This document shows positions 17,909 through 27,848 of a stretch of DNA of 53,788 nt, in pieces. The DNA comes from Minisyncoccota bacterium (GTDB lineage: Bacteria > Patescibacteriota > Minisyncoccia > Phycocordibacterales > XYD1-FULL-46-19). How positions within the stretch are numbered: position 1 is the stretch's first letter; each line of letters begins with the position of its first letter. A program made the position numbers and the translations under genes. Under the pieces are notes generated by a model that saw only the letters and a list, made by a program, of their open reading frames with translations, searched no databases and had not been told where the DNA came from. The stretch covers positions 1 through 53,788 of the forward strand of contig JBAZRF010000006.1 of NCBI GenBank assembly GCA_041663165.1. The letters are read 5' to 3'.

Positions 17909-19546
17909 ATGGCTCTGGCCACGATTAATTATTTTGCCCAAACCGATTTCCGCGGCAAACGGATTCCTTTTGGTATTAAGGCCGAAGATCGGGCCCGGCA
18001 CGTTTATGTTATCGGTAAGACCGGTATGGGTAAATCGTGCTTGCTGGAGAATATGGCGGTGCAAGATATCCAAAATGGTGAAGGGATGGCTTTTATTGAT
18101 CCGCACGGCAAATCAGCCGATTTATTGCTTAGTTTTGTTCCACCCGAACGCCTTAACGATGTTATCTATTTCGCGCCGTTTGATCTTGAGTATCCGATTT
18201 CCTTTAACATCATGGAGGATGTCGGCGCTGATCAACGACATCTAGTCGCCAACGGTCTAATGTCGTCATTTAAGAAAATTTGGCCGGATGTTTGGTCAAG
18301 TCGAATGGAATATATTTTGAATAATTGCCTGTTGGCCCTGCTTGAATATCCCGATTCAACGCTTTTGGGCGTTAACCGCTTATTGTCCGACAAGGACTAT
18401 CGCAAACTAGTGGTTGATAATATTACTGACCCATCGGTCAGATCTTTTTGGCTCGACGAATTTGCTAAATATAACGAACGTTATATGCAAGAAGCGGGCG
18501 ATGCGATTAAAAATAAGATCGGCCAATTTACCGCGAACCCCTTAATTCGCAATATTATTGGCCAAACCAAATCATCTTTTAATTTGCGCGAGGCAATGGA
18601 TAATAAGAAAATCTTAATCGTTAACTTATCCAAGGGTCGCCTCGGTGAACAAAATGCTAATCTGCTTGGCGGAATCTTGATTACCAAGATATATTTAGCC
18701 GCGATGTCACGCGCTGGCGCGGGGGCGGGGATTTCAAAGTTACCCCATTTTTATGTTTTTGTTGATGAATTCCAATCGTTCGTCAATGATTCCTTTGCTG
18801 ACATCTTATCGGAAGCGCGTAAATATAAACTAAGTTTAACCATTGCTCATCAGTATATCGAACAAATGCCTGAAGAAGTGCGCAACGCCGTTTTTGGCAA
18901 CATTGGCACGACCATTGCCTTTCGCGTTGGTCCGTTTGACGCCGAAGTGCTTGAAAAGATATTTTTGCCGACTTTTACCCAAGAAGACCTGGTTAATTTA
19001 GGCTTCGCTCAGATTTATCTAACTTTGATGATTGATGGCGTCGGCTCGCCGCCTTTTTCGGCGGTGACCCTGCCGCCCATTGTCGCGACCAACACCTCGA
19101 TTGAGGATCAGATTATTAAGAATTCACAAAAAAATTATGCCAGTCCGCGCGAAAAAGTGGAGGCGATCATTAATACCTGGTTTGAGCCGGTAATAAAATT
19201 TACGGCTAAAAGTCCAACCGACAAGCCCGAAGCCAAGAAATTGACCACTCCTACCCAAGTTTTTACGGCCAATCCGGCGCCCGCTCTTAAACCCAAGATT
19301 CCAACCGGTTCTAACCCGCCCAAAGCCTTCTCGTTAAATGTTTTAAAAAATAAAACGAAAGAAATTAACAAAAACAAGGACGAGCTTAAAGCTTTCTTAA
19401 GTGACATCATGGCGAACAAAAAGCCTAAGACCGTGGTCCCAACCCCTGCTTCGGCTCCGGTGGCTAGCCCGACCACTCAAGTTTCTAAGAAAGAAATTCC
19501 GCAAAATGTACTGGAGGATTTATTAAGAATTAAACCAAGCGAATAA
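17909..19546 (+). CDS. VirD4/TraD-like (T4SS coupling-protein-type) P-loop ATPase with a disordered C-terminal tail
   Basis: Walker A is VIGKTGMGKS and Walker B-like is HFYVFVDEFQSF, followed by ARKYKLSLTIAHQY. There is no TM helix. The last ~130 aa are Pro/Lys/Thr/Ala-rich and of low complexity. Confidence 0.6.
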   Translation: MALATINYFAQTDFRGKRIPFGIKAEDRARHVYVIGKTGMGKSCLLENMAVQDIQNGEGMAFIDPHGKSADLLLSFVPPERLNDVIYFAPFDLEYPISFNIMEDVGADQRHLVANGLMSSFKKIWPDVWSSRMEYILNNCLLALLEYPDSTLLGVNRLLSDKDYRKLVVDNITDPSVRSFWLDEFAKYNERYMQEAGDAIKNKIGQFTANPLIRNIIGQTKSSFNLREAMDNKKILIVNLSKGRLGEQNANLLGGILITKIYLAAMSRAGAGAGISKLPHFYVFVDEFQSFVNDSFADILSEARKYKLSLTIAHQYIEQMPEEVRNAVFGNIGTTIAFRVGPFDAEVLEKIFLPTFTQEDLVNLGFAQIYLTLMIDGVGSPPFSAVTLPPIVATNTSIEDQIIKNSQKNYASPREKVEAIINTWFEPVIKFTAKSPTDKPEAKKLTTPTQVFTANPAPALKPKIPTGSNPPKAFSLNVLKNKTKEINKNKDELKAFLSDIMANKKPKTVVPTPASAPVASPTTQVSKKEIPQNVLEDLLRIKPSE

Positions 19547-19550
19547 TTCT

Positions 19551-20648
19551 ATGGGCAAGCGAGTTCTGATCTATTCAACCGCTTATTTACCCTTGGTCGG
19601 CGGGGCCGAAATTGCGGTCAAAGAGATTGCCGATCGCCTCGGTGATTACTCGTTTGATCTTGTCACCGCTCGCCTTGATCACCGTTTGCCGAAAGAAGAA
19701 AAACTCGGCCGGGTTAAAATCTACCGTCTCGGTTGGGGTTGGGCTATCGACAAACTTTGGCTGGCGATGTGGGGCGGGAGCTTTGGCCGACGGCTTCACG
19801 CTAATAATCCCTACGATATTGTCTGGGGGATAATGGCGAGTTTTGGTGGACTAGCCGCGCTGCGCTTTAAAGAACTGGTTCCCGGGGTCAAATTCGTCTT
19901 AACTCTACAAGAAGGTGATGACTTGACTGCGATTGAAAATAAAATGAAATTTCTCGCCCATCGTTTTAAAAAAATATTTACCAAAGCTGACCATATTCAG
20001 GCCATATCCAATTATCTGGCGGCTTGGGCAAAAAGAAGGGGGGCGCTGGCGCCGATCGAAGTTGTGCCTAACGGTGTTGATTTGGATAAATTTAAATTTG
20101 TTGAGAGACAAAACAATCGAACGATTATTACCACTTCGCGCCTGGTTAAGAAAAATGGTGTTGACACCTTAGTTCGCTCGCTCCTTTTCTTGCCGGCCGA
20201 ATATCGATTACAAATTTTCGGAACCGGACCGGAAATAGAAAATTTAAGAGTTTTAACGTTAAAATTCAAATTGGCCGGTAGGGTTGATTTTCTCGGTTTA
20301 ATTGAAAATGATAAATTGCCACTTCATTTGGCCAAAGCTGAGGTTTTTGCTCGACCCTCTCGATCAGAAGGTCTAGGCAACTCTTTTTTAGAAGCGATGG
20401 CTTGTGGTCTGCCGGTCGTTGGCACACCCGTTGGCGGTATCCCAGACTTTCTAATTAATGGGCAGACTGGTTGGTTGTGCGAATTGGATAGCCCTTTCGA
20501 TTTGGCCGAGAAAATTAAATTGATTACCAATCCTGAAAATGCCGATTTGGTTAAGCGGGTAATTATCCAAGCCCGACAATTAATCGCTGACAAATATGAT
20601 TGGAATAAAATTGCCTTGAAAATGGACCAAATTTTCAGTAACGTGTAG
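19551..20648 (+). CDS. Glycosyltransferase family 4
   Basis: Contains YLPLVGGAEIAV and SRSEGLGNSFLEAMACGLPVVGTPVGGIPDFL. Confidence 0.85.
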   Translation: MGKRVLIYSTAYLPLVGGAEIAVKEIADRLGDYSFDLVTARLDHRLPKEEKLGRVKIYRLGWGWAIDKLWLAMWGGSFGRRLHANNPYDIVWGIMASFGGLAALRFKELVPGVKFVLTLQEGDDLTAIENKMKFLAHRFKKIFTKADHIQAISNYLAAWAKRRGALAPIEVVPNGVDLDKFKFVERQNNRTIITTSRLVKKNGVDTLVRSLLFLPAEYRLQIFGTGPEIENLRVLTLKFKLAGRVDFLGLIENDKLPLHLAKAEVFARPSRSEGLGNSFLEAMACGLPVVGTPVGGIPDFLINGQTGWLCELDSPFDLAEKIKLITNPENADLVKRVIIQARQLIADKYDWNKIALKMDQIFSNV

Positions 20649-20651
20649 CTA

Positions 20652-21782
20652 ATGGCCGAAACAGACAAAAAAACCATATTGATTGCTACGGGTCTTTATC
20701 CCCCCGATGTTGGCGGCCCGGCGACCTACAGTTATTTACTAAATCAAGAATTGCCCCGCCGTGGCTGGGAAGTTAAAATTCTGAGTTTTGGCGAAGTTCG
20801 GTCTTGGCCTAAGATTATTCGTCATCTAGCCTACGGCTGGAAGGTTTTTCGGCTAGTTCGCCACTATCAGATCATTTATGTTCAAGATCCGGTTAGTGTG
20901 GGTCTCCCCGTTTGTTTGGCCTGTGCTCTGGCTCGTCGATCTTTTATTTTAAAAATTGTCGGTGATTATGCCTGGGAGCAGGGGAGTCAGCGTTTTGGCG
21001 TTATCGATTTGTTGGACGATTTTTCTCTTGAGTATAAAAAGTATATTTGGCCGGTCAAATTATTAAAATTGATTCAAAGGGGGGTGGCTCGTCGAGCGCA
21101 AAAAATAATTGTTCCCAGTAATTATCTAAAGAAGATTGTTTCCAATTGGGGGGTTAACTCCGATAAAATTAAGGTTATTTATAATGCTTTCAATTCGCCC
21201 GAGATCTTACCAGAGAAAGAAGTTTTACAGCGAGAGCTTGGTCTTAGTGGTCAAATCATAATCAGCGCTGGACGACTCGTTCCCTGGAAGGGTTTCACCT
21301 TGCTAATTGAAATAATGCCAGAGCTGCTTGCTGTTTATCCTGGTCTAAAACTTTATATCATTGGTGATGGGCCAGACCATGATCGTTTAGAGAAGTTAAT
21401 TACGAATAAAGAAATGTCCGGTTGCATTTTCTTGCTTGGGCGCTTGGCTCAAAAAGAACTTTTGAAATTCATTAAGGCCGCTGACCTTTTTGTGCTCAAT
21501 ACTTCTTACGAGGGCTTTTCCCATCAATTGCTTGAGGTGATGTGGTGCGAGACACCGATTGTGACAACAGCGGTCGGTGGCAATGTTGAATTAATCAAAG
21601 ATAAAGAAAATGGTTTGCTGGTTAATTTTAATGACTCCTCGGCAATGGAACGAACCATTAAGAGTGTTCTGGCTGATCGCCAATTAGCTTCTCGGCTGGC
21701 CAATAATGCCCAGCAGACAATTGCGGGATTTAGCCGAGAACGAATGATCACCCAGCTCTTGGCCCATTTGTCCGGGACTTAA
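20652..21782 (+). CDS. Glycosyltransferase family 4
   Basis: Contains GLYPPDVGGPATY and SYEGFSHQLLEVMWCETPIVTTAVGGNVELI. Confidence 0.85.
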   Translation: MAETDKKTILIATGLYPPDVGGPATYSYLLNQELPRRGWEVKILSFGEVRSWPKIIRHLAYGWKVFRLVRHYQIIYVQDPVSVGLPVCLACALARRSFILKIVGDYAWEQGSQRFGVIDLLDDFSLEYKKYIWPVKLLKLIQRGVARRAQKIIVPSNYLKKIVSNWGVNSDKIKVIYNAFNSPEILPEKEVLQRELGLSGQIIISAGRLVPWKGFTLLIEIMPELLAVYPGLKLYIIGDGPDHDRLEKLITNKEMSGCIFLLGRLAQKELLKFIKAADLFVLNTSYEGFSHQLLEVMWCETPIVTTAVGGNVELIKDKENGLLVNFNDSSAMERTIKSVLADRQLASRLANNAQQTIAGFSRERMITQLLAHLSGT

Positions 21783-22667
21783 TTATTTAGAATAAGCGTA
21801 GATCAAAATATCTTGAAATTTTCTCTTTTTCATTGGTGGCTTCGCGACCGTTGACAGTTGATAGCCAAAACCATTTTTTTCTAAGATGGTTAAAATCTCT
21901 GACAGCCTATCCTCGTCTCGCTTTATATGGTGATGATACTCTAAACAGATATTTTTTAGCAACTTTATTTTCTTAGTTTGGGCGAGTTCTCCAATTACTT
22001 CCGTTTCCGCACCCTCAATGTCTAGTTTCAAAAAATCCACTGGCCCGGTCACTTTTTCGGAGAGAGTAGCCGACTGAACTGTCTCGTAATTTTGCCCTGG
22101 ATGTCGCGGGGTGGTACTCGCAATTAAAGAACCCGGCTGTTCCTGGTCAGAGTAAAAATTTAATGATCCTGGCTTGTCGGCCAAAGCAAGATTATGGAGA
22201 GTGATTCCCGTTAGCTTATTAGTCTTAACGTTATCGGCTAAAACAGCGAAGGTCTGCCGGTCTGGCTCAAAAGAAATAATTTGGCAATTTGGCCAAAGTT
22301 TTTTGAAATAAAATATCGACATGCCAATATTGCTCCCGCCGTCGATGATCAAGGGAGAAGCTTCAGTTGTCTCGAAAAAATATTCTTGGCCGATAAAAAC
22401 CTCCTCAAACATATAGAGAAAGGTGGTATAGTCGAAAAATTTTATCGTCCAGCCGAGCAGTCGTTCGCTTTTAAGCGGTCGCTTAAGTAGTTTTACTAAA
22501 AATAAATATTTGAACTCTAACCTAAGATAAACAAAAAATAAATCGCCCTGGCGACCTCGGGCAATAAGGGCAAAATTCTTTGTTAGCTTCCAGATTTCCC
22601 TAGCAAAATTCATGATCGATTTTATACGCTCAATGTTTTTGTTGGCCCGAACTTGTGCTAGAATCAT
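21783..22667 (-). CDS. FkbM-family methyltransferase
   Basis: Contains IIDGGSNIGMSIFYF, ISFEPD and FLKLDIEGAE. The tracked start 22781 overlaps the divergent gene, so ATG 22667 was preferred, with ATG 22613 as an alternative. Confidence 0.75.
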   Translation of the reverse strand: MILAQVRANKNIERIKSIMNFAREIWKLTKNFALIARGRQGDLFFVYLRLEFKYLFLVKLLKRPLKSERLLGWTIKFFDYTTFLYMFEEVFIGQEYFFETTEASPLIIDGGSNIGMSIFYFKKLWPNCQIISFEPDRQTFAVLADNVKTNKLTGITLHNLALADKPGSLNFYSDQEQPGSLIASTTPRHPGQNYETVQSATLSEKVTGPVDFLKLDIEGAETEVIGELAQTKKIKLLKNICLEYHHHIKRDEDRLSEILTILEKNGFGYQLSTVAKPPMKKRKFQDILIYAYSK

Positions 22668-22718
22668 ACCATAACACGTCGTTCTTGTCTCAATGGCGGT
22701 GTCAATTCTCAATACATT

Positions 22719-23837
22719 ATGAAACTTTTGATGATTTCGACCGACCGGCTTATTTTTACCATTGGCAGCGAGGTTCGTCAACGGCTGCTTGATTATGGCG
22801 AATTATTTACTGAACTTCACGTCATCGTTTTTACTAACAAGAAGTTAAAATACAAAAAAGAACAATTAACCGATAATGTTTTTGTTTATCCGACGAATTC
22901 ACTGAGCCGTTTAAGTTATATCTGGAGAGCGATCAAGATTGGAGAAACAATTCTTACCAATCGCCATGATTGGGTTATTGCTAGCCAAGATCCCTTTGAG
23001 ACCGGTCTGGTTGCCTGGTGGCTTAAACGGGAAAGGGGAATTAAATGGCAAGCTCAAATCCACACCGACTTTCTCAGTCCGTTTTTTGGGCGCGAATCAT
23101 GGCTCAATTGGCTCCGAGTTAAGATTGCCCAGCGACTTTTGCCGCAAGCTGATAAAATTCGGGTTGTCTCAGAGCGAGTCAAAAGATCATTAATAGAAAA
23201 AAGCTGGCCGCTTAAAAGTGAACCAGTCGTCTTACCGATTTTTGTTTCACCCCAACTCGATAAAACTTGCGATGTCTCAACAGATCTTCATAAAAAATAT
23301 CCCCAATTTTCTTTTATTGTCCTGATGGCTTCGCGGCTTACCACGGAAAAAAATTTTAATTTAGCTTTTGGTTCTTTTGCCTCGGCGGCCCTTGATCGTC
23401 CCGATATTGGTCTGGTGATTGTTGGCCGGGGCCCAGAGAAGAAACATCTCCAAAACCAGGCTAGATCTTTTAATCAAGGGAAACAGATATTTTTTGAAGA
23501 TTGGCAGAGCGATTTAAATTGCTACTATAAGACAGCTGATCTTTTTATGCTCACCTCAAATTACGAGGGTTATGGCCGAACTATTATTGAAGCCGGTTTG
23601 AATGGTTGCCCCGTTCTCACGACCGAGATCGGCATCGTTGGAGAGGGGGTTAATGAAAAAAACGCTTTAATTTGTCCGGTCGGCGACGAGGATTGCTTGG
23701 CGCAAAAAATCAGCTGGGCTGTTGCTAACCACGGGCAAATGCCTTTCCTCGGCCAAAAACTAAAAGACGATCTCTTGGGTGGTTTTATTAAAGGCAAGAA
23801 TCAGTATCTGGATGCCTATCGCGGATCCCTAAAATAA
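22719..23837 (+). CDS. Glycosyltransferase family 4
   Basis: Contains SNYEGYGRTIIEAGLNGCPVLTTEIG within a GT-B fold pattern. Confidence 0.8.
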   Translation: MKLLMISTDRLIFTIGSEVRQRLLDYGELFTELHVIVFTNKKLKYKKEQLTDNVFVYPTNSLSRLSYIWRAIKIGETILTNRHDWVIASQDPFETGLVAWWLKRERGIKWQAQIHTDFLSPFFGRESWLNWLRVKIAQRLLPQADKIRVVSERVKRSLIEKSWPLKSEPVVLPIFVSPQLDKTCDVSTDLHKKYPQFSFIVLMASRLTTEKNFNLAFGSFASAALDRPDIGLVIVGRGPEKKHLQNQARSFNQGKQIFFEDWQSDLNCYYKTADLFMLTSNYEGYGRTIIEAGLNGCPVLTTEIGIVGEGVNEKNALICPVGDEDCLAQKISWAVANHGQMPFLGQKLKDDLLGGFIKGKNQYLDAYRGSLK

Positions 23838-23850
23838 ATTTTTGGTAAAA

Positions 23851-24882
23851 ATGAAAAATCGATTATTAATTATTACGCAAAAAGTAGATCGGAGAGATCA
23901 AATTCTTGGCTTTTTTCACCGCTGGCTAGAAGAATTTGCCAAACAATATAAATCGGTGGTGGCCATTTGCCTACAGGCTGGGGAGTATAGTCTACCAGAC
24001 AATGTCCGAGTGTTGTCATTAGGCAAAGAATCGGGAATTTCTCGCCTAAAATATCTCTGGCGATTTTATTGGCTACTTTGGCGGGAAAGAAATAATTACG
24101 ACCTGGTTTTTGTCCACATGAACCCAATTTATGTTGTCTTGGCAGGCTGGTGGTGGCGACTGTGGCAAAAACCAATCGCTCTTTGGTATACTCATCGCCA
24201 AGTGGACTGGAAGTTAAGACTGGCAGAAAAAATTGTTAATCGAATTTTTTCTGCTTCAGCGGAAAGTTTCAGGCTACCCAGCCGCAAATTGATAATTACT
24301 GGACACGGGATTGACACTGATTTATATCGACCGCTAGAAATAAAAAGGGATAAATTCGTTATTCTCTCAGTCGGACGCTTAGCCCGGACCAAAAACCACC
24401 ATTTGGCGATCGAGGCGATGGCTCTGGCTAACGGCTTAGATAAACCTTGGGAGCTTTGGCTCGTCGGGGAGGCGATTTATCCAGAAGATAGTCTCTATAA
24501 GCAAGAGCTGATAAAACTTATCGAGACTAAGAAATTAAATGGCCACGTGAAGCTTCTTGGGGCTGTTGCGCCGGTTGAGATGCCTAATCTTTATCAGTCG
24601 GCCGATTTATTGGTTAACTTGAGTGACACTGGGAGCTTAGATAAAGTTGTTTTGGAGGCAATGTCTAGCGGAGTAAGAGTTGTGTCGAGTAATATTGCCT
24701 TTATTAAAATTTTACCATCGGATTATTTTTGCTCGAAAGAGCCCACATCAATCGCTCTAGCCATTGTTCACGCTTTGGCTCGGCCAGTTGATCCGCGACT
24801 ACGGGAAATTGTTGTGGCCGAACACAATTTGTCTCGGCTCATTGTTGATCTTACCGCTCGCTTAGATGAATTAAAAAAATAA
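23851..24882 (+). CDS. Glycosyltransferase (GT-B, GT4-like)
   Basis: Contains GRLARTKN and DTGSLDKVVLEAMSSGVRVVSSN. ATG 23851 was chosen; the tracked ORF opens at TTG 23842. Confidence 0.75.
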   Translation: MKNRLLIITQKVDRRDQILGFFHRWLEEFAKQYKSVVAICLQAGEYSLPDNVRVLSLGKESGISRLKYLWRFYWLLWRERNNYDLVFVHMNPIYVVLAGWWWRLWQKPIALWYTHRQVDWKLRLAEKIVNRIFSASAESFRLPSRKLIITGHGIDTDLYRPLEIKRDKFVILSVGRLARTKNHHLAIEAMALANGLDKPWELWLVGEAIYPEDSLYKQELIKLIETKKLNGHVKLLGAVAPVEMPNLYQSADLLVNLSDTGSLDKVVLEAMSSGVRVVSSNIAFIKILPSDYFCSKEPTSIALAIVHALARPVDPRLREIVVAEHNLSRLIVDLTARLDELKK

Positions 24883-25679
24883 TGATCATGTTTGAAGCCT
24901 ATAGTGAAAAATACTATGAAGTAGCCGATAAGCATGACAATTGGGACGGTCCAACCCAGGTCAAAATTTTGGAATTCATAAAAAATCACTACCAAGCTGG
25001 CCAGCTAGTTGTCGAGCTTGGCTGTGGTTCGGCAAATATCACCGAGTTTTTGCCTAACGATCTGCGATATCTCGGCCTTGATTCTTCACCAGCGGCCCTA
25101 GTTAAAGCCAAAGCTCGCTCAGTTAAATTGTTATCCGCCGAATTTCAACAATCAGGTGATGAAAAGATAAATTTACTAAGCGGCACTGCTAATTTTATGC
25201 TGTGTTTTTATGTTCTAGAACATTTGCATCGGCCGAAGGAAATGCTGGCGGAAATGGCGAGGATTCTGGCTCCTGGTGGCTTTCTTATTTTATTGGCTCC
25301 CAACGTTGAATTTCCTTTCAGTCGTCTAAATGCCCTTCGGCACAAGAATTTGTTTTTCAAGATTTGGTGGTTTGGATTGCGTTTGATTGATTATTTAAGC
25401 CGGATCTTTGGTCATTTTAGGTTTCGTACGATCGCGGAGAATTTTTCTGAGGCCGTCGGCCATTACGAAAAACTAGATGATGATTTAACCTACGCCGTCT
25501 CCAGTTATGAAGTTATTAGTTTCTTGCAGTCCTTGGGGTTGAAACTGGAGTTTGTTGGCCAGCCCCAATTTAGTGCTAATTTTCTCGGCCGGATGAAGAA
25601 GCTCGTTAATCTTTTGCCGGCGATGAAATATTACGGCGATATTTTATTTGTGATAATGAAAAAACCAATATCCCAATGA
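24882..25679 (+). CDS. Class I SAM-dependent methyltransferase
   Basis: SAM motif I is VVELGCGSANI. Also contains FMLCFYVLEHL and LAPGGFLIL. Overlaps the neighbouring genes as TAATG and ATGA. Confidence 0.8.
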   Translation: MIMFEAYSEKYYEVADKHDNWDGPTQVKILEFIKNHYQAGQLVVELGCGSANITEFLPNDLRYLGLDSSPAALVKAKARSVKLLSAEFQQSGDEKINLLSGTANFMLCFYVLEHLHRPKEMLAEMARILAPGGFLILLAPNVEFPFSRLNALRHKNLFFKIWWFGLRLIDYLSRIFGHFRFRTIAENFSEAVGHYEKLDDDLTYAVSSYEVISFLQSLGLKLEFVGQPQFSANFLGRMKKLVNLLPAMKYYGDILFVIMKKPISQ

Positions 25680-26902
25680 ATTCAAAAAACAAGATATTAA
25701 TGGTGATGCCCAGCCTGCCTTATCCAGAAAGCGGAGCCGAACAGTCTGACCGGGCTTGGGGGATAAGACTGCTCAAAGAACTTGGCTATGAGGTAAAAGT
25801 TTTAGCCAAATGGCCTAAATTTAAATCGACAGATTTGATTGAAACGGCCAGAAAAGAGTTTGGGGTGGAGATTATCACTGTGCCATATGTTTTTAGTAGC
25901 ACTCAAATCAATTTATTGAAAAAAATTAAAAAATACCTTTACCAGATTAGCCACTTAATTTTTTTAGATGGTGCCGCTCTTGAATATGCCGAACCGGTGA
26001 TCGTGAAAGAATTTAAAGATATCTTAGATGATTGGCAACCCGATATCGTCTGGTTTGAATACACTTATTTGTGGCCACTCTATGCTCTGGCTAAAGATCG
26101 AAAATTAAGAATTATTACCCGTTCCCTAAACTTTGAACCGGACCATTTTTGGCAAGAAGATGGACCATCCTTTTTGCACCGAATAGTTTATTGGGCAAAA
26201 TTGAGAAGTGAAAAAATGGTCATCAAGAACAGTGATTACATTTTAGCGATTACTCCCAATGAAGCCTGTCGTTATTCAGAGCTTGGGGCGAAGCATGTCG
26301 GTGTTTTGCCATTGCGGGGGTTAAGCTCTTTAATCGGCCAGAACCTAAAAAAAGCGGAAAATCGTGTGGGGCCATATCAAGTTTTTTTCCTTGGCTCAAC
26401 TTACAATGTCTCCCATAATCGCCAAGCGCTGGAATTTTTGCTTAGAGAAATTATACCCTTCGGCAATCAGATTCATCCCGGGGAATTCGTTTTTAATATT
26501 TTTGGCGCAAAAGTCCCTGCCGAGCTTTTGCCTAACTTGCCAGGCAACGTGATTATTAGAGGTTACGTCCCAGATTTATCCTCGGCCCTTACTGAAATGG
26601 ATCTGGCCGTTACCCCGTCCCTGTTGGGTGCCGGCATGCAGCAAAAAATCTTTGAGCCCCTGGTTCGCGGCATCCCAACAGTCGCTTCGGCTCGAGGCTT
26701 GGCCGGCTATCCTTTTGTGGCTGGTGAGCATTTACTGACGGCTGATACGGCTAAAGACTTTGCCACGGCCTTGGGCCGTTTAGCCAAAGACTTTAAGCAA
26801 AGACAAGATTTGGCCGAGGCTGCCGTTTTGCTAAGCAAGAAATTATTTGCCAAAGAGGCAATTATCAGTATTATAAACGAGTCTCTGACAAAAGAGGTCT
26901 AA
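25676..26902 (+). CDS. Glycosyltransferase (GT-B, GT4-like)
   Basis: Contains MVMPSLPYPESGAEQ and the C-terminal GAGMQQKIFEPLVRGIPTVAS. Confidence 0.7.
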   Translation: MNSKNKILMVMPSLPYPESGAEQSDRAWGIRLLKELGYEVKVLAKWPKFKSTDLIETARKEFGVEIITVPYVFSSTQINLLKKIKKYLYQISHLIFLDGAALEYAEPVIVKEFKDILDDWQPDIVWFEYTYLWPLYALAKDRKLRIITRSLNFEPDHFWQEDGPSFLHRIVYWAKLRSEKMVIKNSDYILAITPNEACRYSELGAKHVGVLPLRGLSSLIGQNLKKAENRVGPYQVFFLGSTYNVSHNRQALEFLLREIIPFGNQIHPGEFVFNIFGAKVPAELLPNLPGNVIIRGYVPDLSSALTEMDLAVTPSLLGAGMQQKIFEPLVRGIPTVASARGLAGYPFVAGEHLLTADTAKDFATALGRLAKDFKQRQDLAEAAVLLSKKLFAKEAIISIINESLTKEV

Positions 26903-26903
26903 A

Positions 26904-27848
26904 ATGAATTGGCTTAAACGCTCATATATCTATCTAATTGGCTTTTACGTTAGTTTTTTAAACCGTTCAGATAAAGTGCGAGATTTTTTGTTGTGGCCCT
27001 TGGCGACGCGGGTCTTGGGCCGAGGCTTCTCCACGGCTCGTTTTTTAAAACAGGGTTTTTGGCTGAAGGCGGACATGGGCGACATCTTAAGTCGGTATGT
27101 TATTTTTTTCGGCCCGTTTAAGCGCGATTTTTGGGAGCCTCAAACGACGGCGGTTTTAAAACAATTAGTTAGGGAAAGAGAAGGGGATATTTTATTAGCC
27201 GGTTCTCATCTGGGTTATTTTACCGTCTTGGCTGGCCTCTTAGCGTCTAAACTAAACAAGAAGATCTATGCTTTTGAACCGGTTGATTATCTTTATCAAT
27301 TATCGGCCGAGAACATCAAACTTAATAAATTAAACGATTCAGTCGTTTTGGCCAAGGCCGCTTTAGCAGAAAAGACGGGCCAAGCCGAAATTTTTATTGA
27401 GAGTATTCGTTCTTCCCTCGTTCCTTATACGGCTGATCATTTAGCTCATGGTAAAAAAGAGTTTGTCCCGACTATTAAAATTGATGACTGGCGAAAAGAC
27501 CAGCCGATTAAAAAAATCGGTGTTATTTTTTTAGATATTGAGGGCTACGAACTTTTTGCTTTGCGCGGGGCGGAAGAGGTGCTTAAAAAAGACAAACCGA
27601 CTCTGGTTGTAGAAATTAGCCAAAAGATTTTGGATCAAATGCCAATTAGTGAAGATGACATTATAAATTACCTTGAATCACTTGGTTATGACTTGTATGT
27701 GATTGATGATAATTATGACACTGCTCATATCGAACGGGGCGCTTCGGTTGGTCCTGGCGGTATTCTTAAAAATCTGGCAGAATACAAAAAACAGCCAATG
27801 GCCGGCCAATATTATAACTTGGTTGCGGTGGCAAAAAGCAATGTCTAA
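26904..27848 (+). CDS. FkbM-family methyltransferase
   Basis: Contains ILLAGSHLGYFTV, YAFEPV and IFLDIEGYE. Confidence 0.75.
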   Translation: MNWLKRSYIYLIGFYVSFLNRSDKVRDFLLWPLATRVLGRGFSTARFLKQGFWLKADMGDILSRYVIFFGPFKRDFWEPQTTAVLKQLVREREGDILLAGSHLGYFTVLAGLLASKLNKKIYAFEPVDYLYQLSAENIKLNKLNDSVVLAKAALAEKTGQAEIFIESIRSSLVPYTADHLAHGKKEFVPTIKIDDWRKDQPIKKIGVIFLDIEGYELFALRGAEEVLKKDKPTLVVEISQKILDQMPISEDDIINYLESLGYDLYVIDDNYDTAHIERGASVGPGGILKNLAEYKKQPMAGQYYNLVAVAKSNV

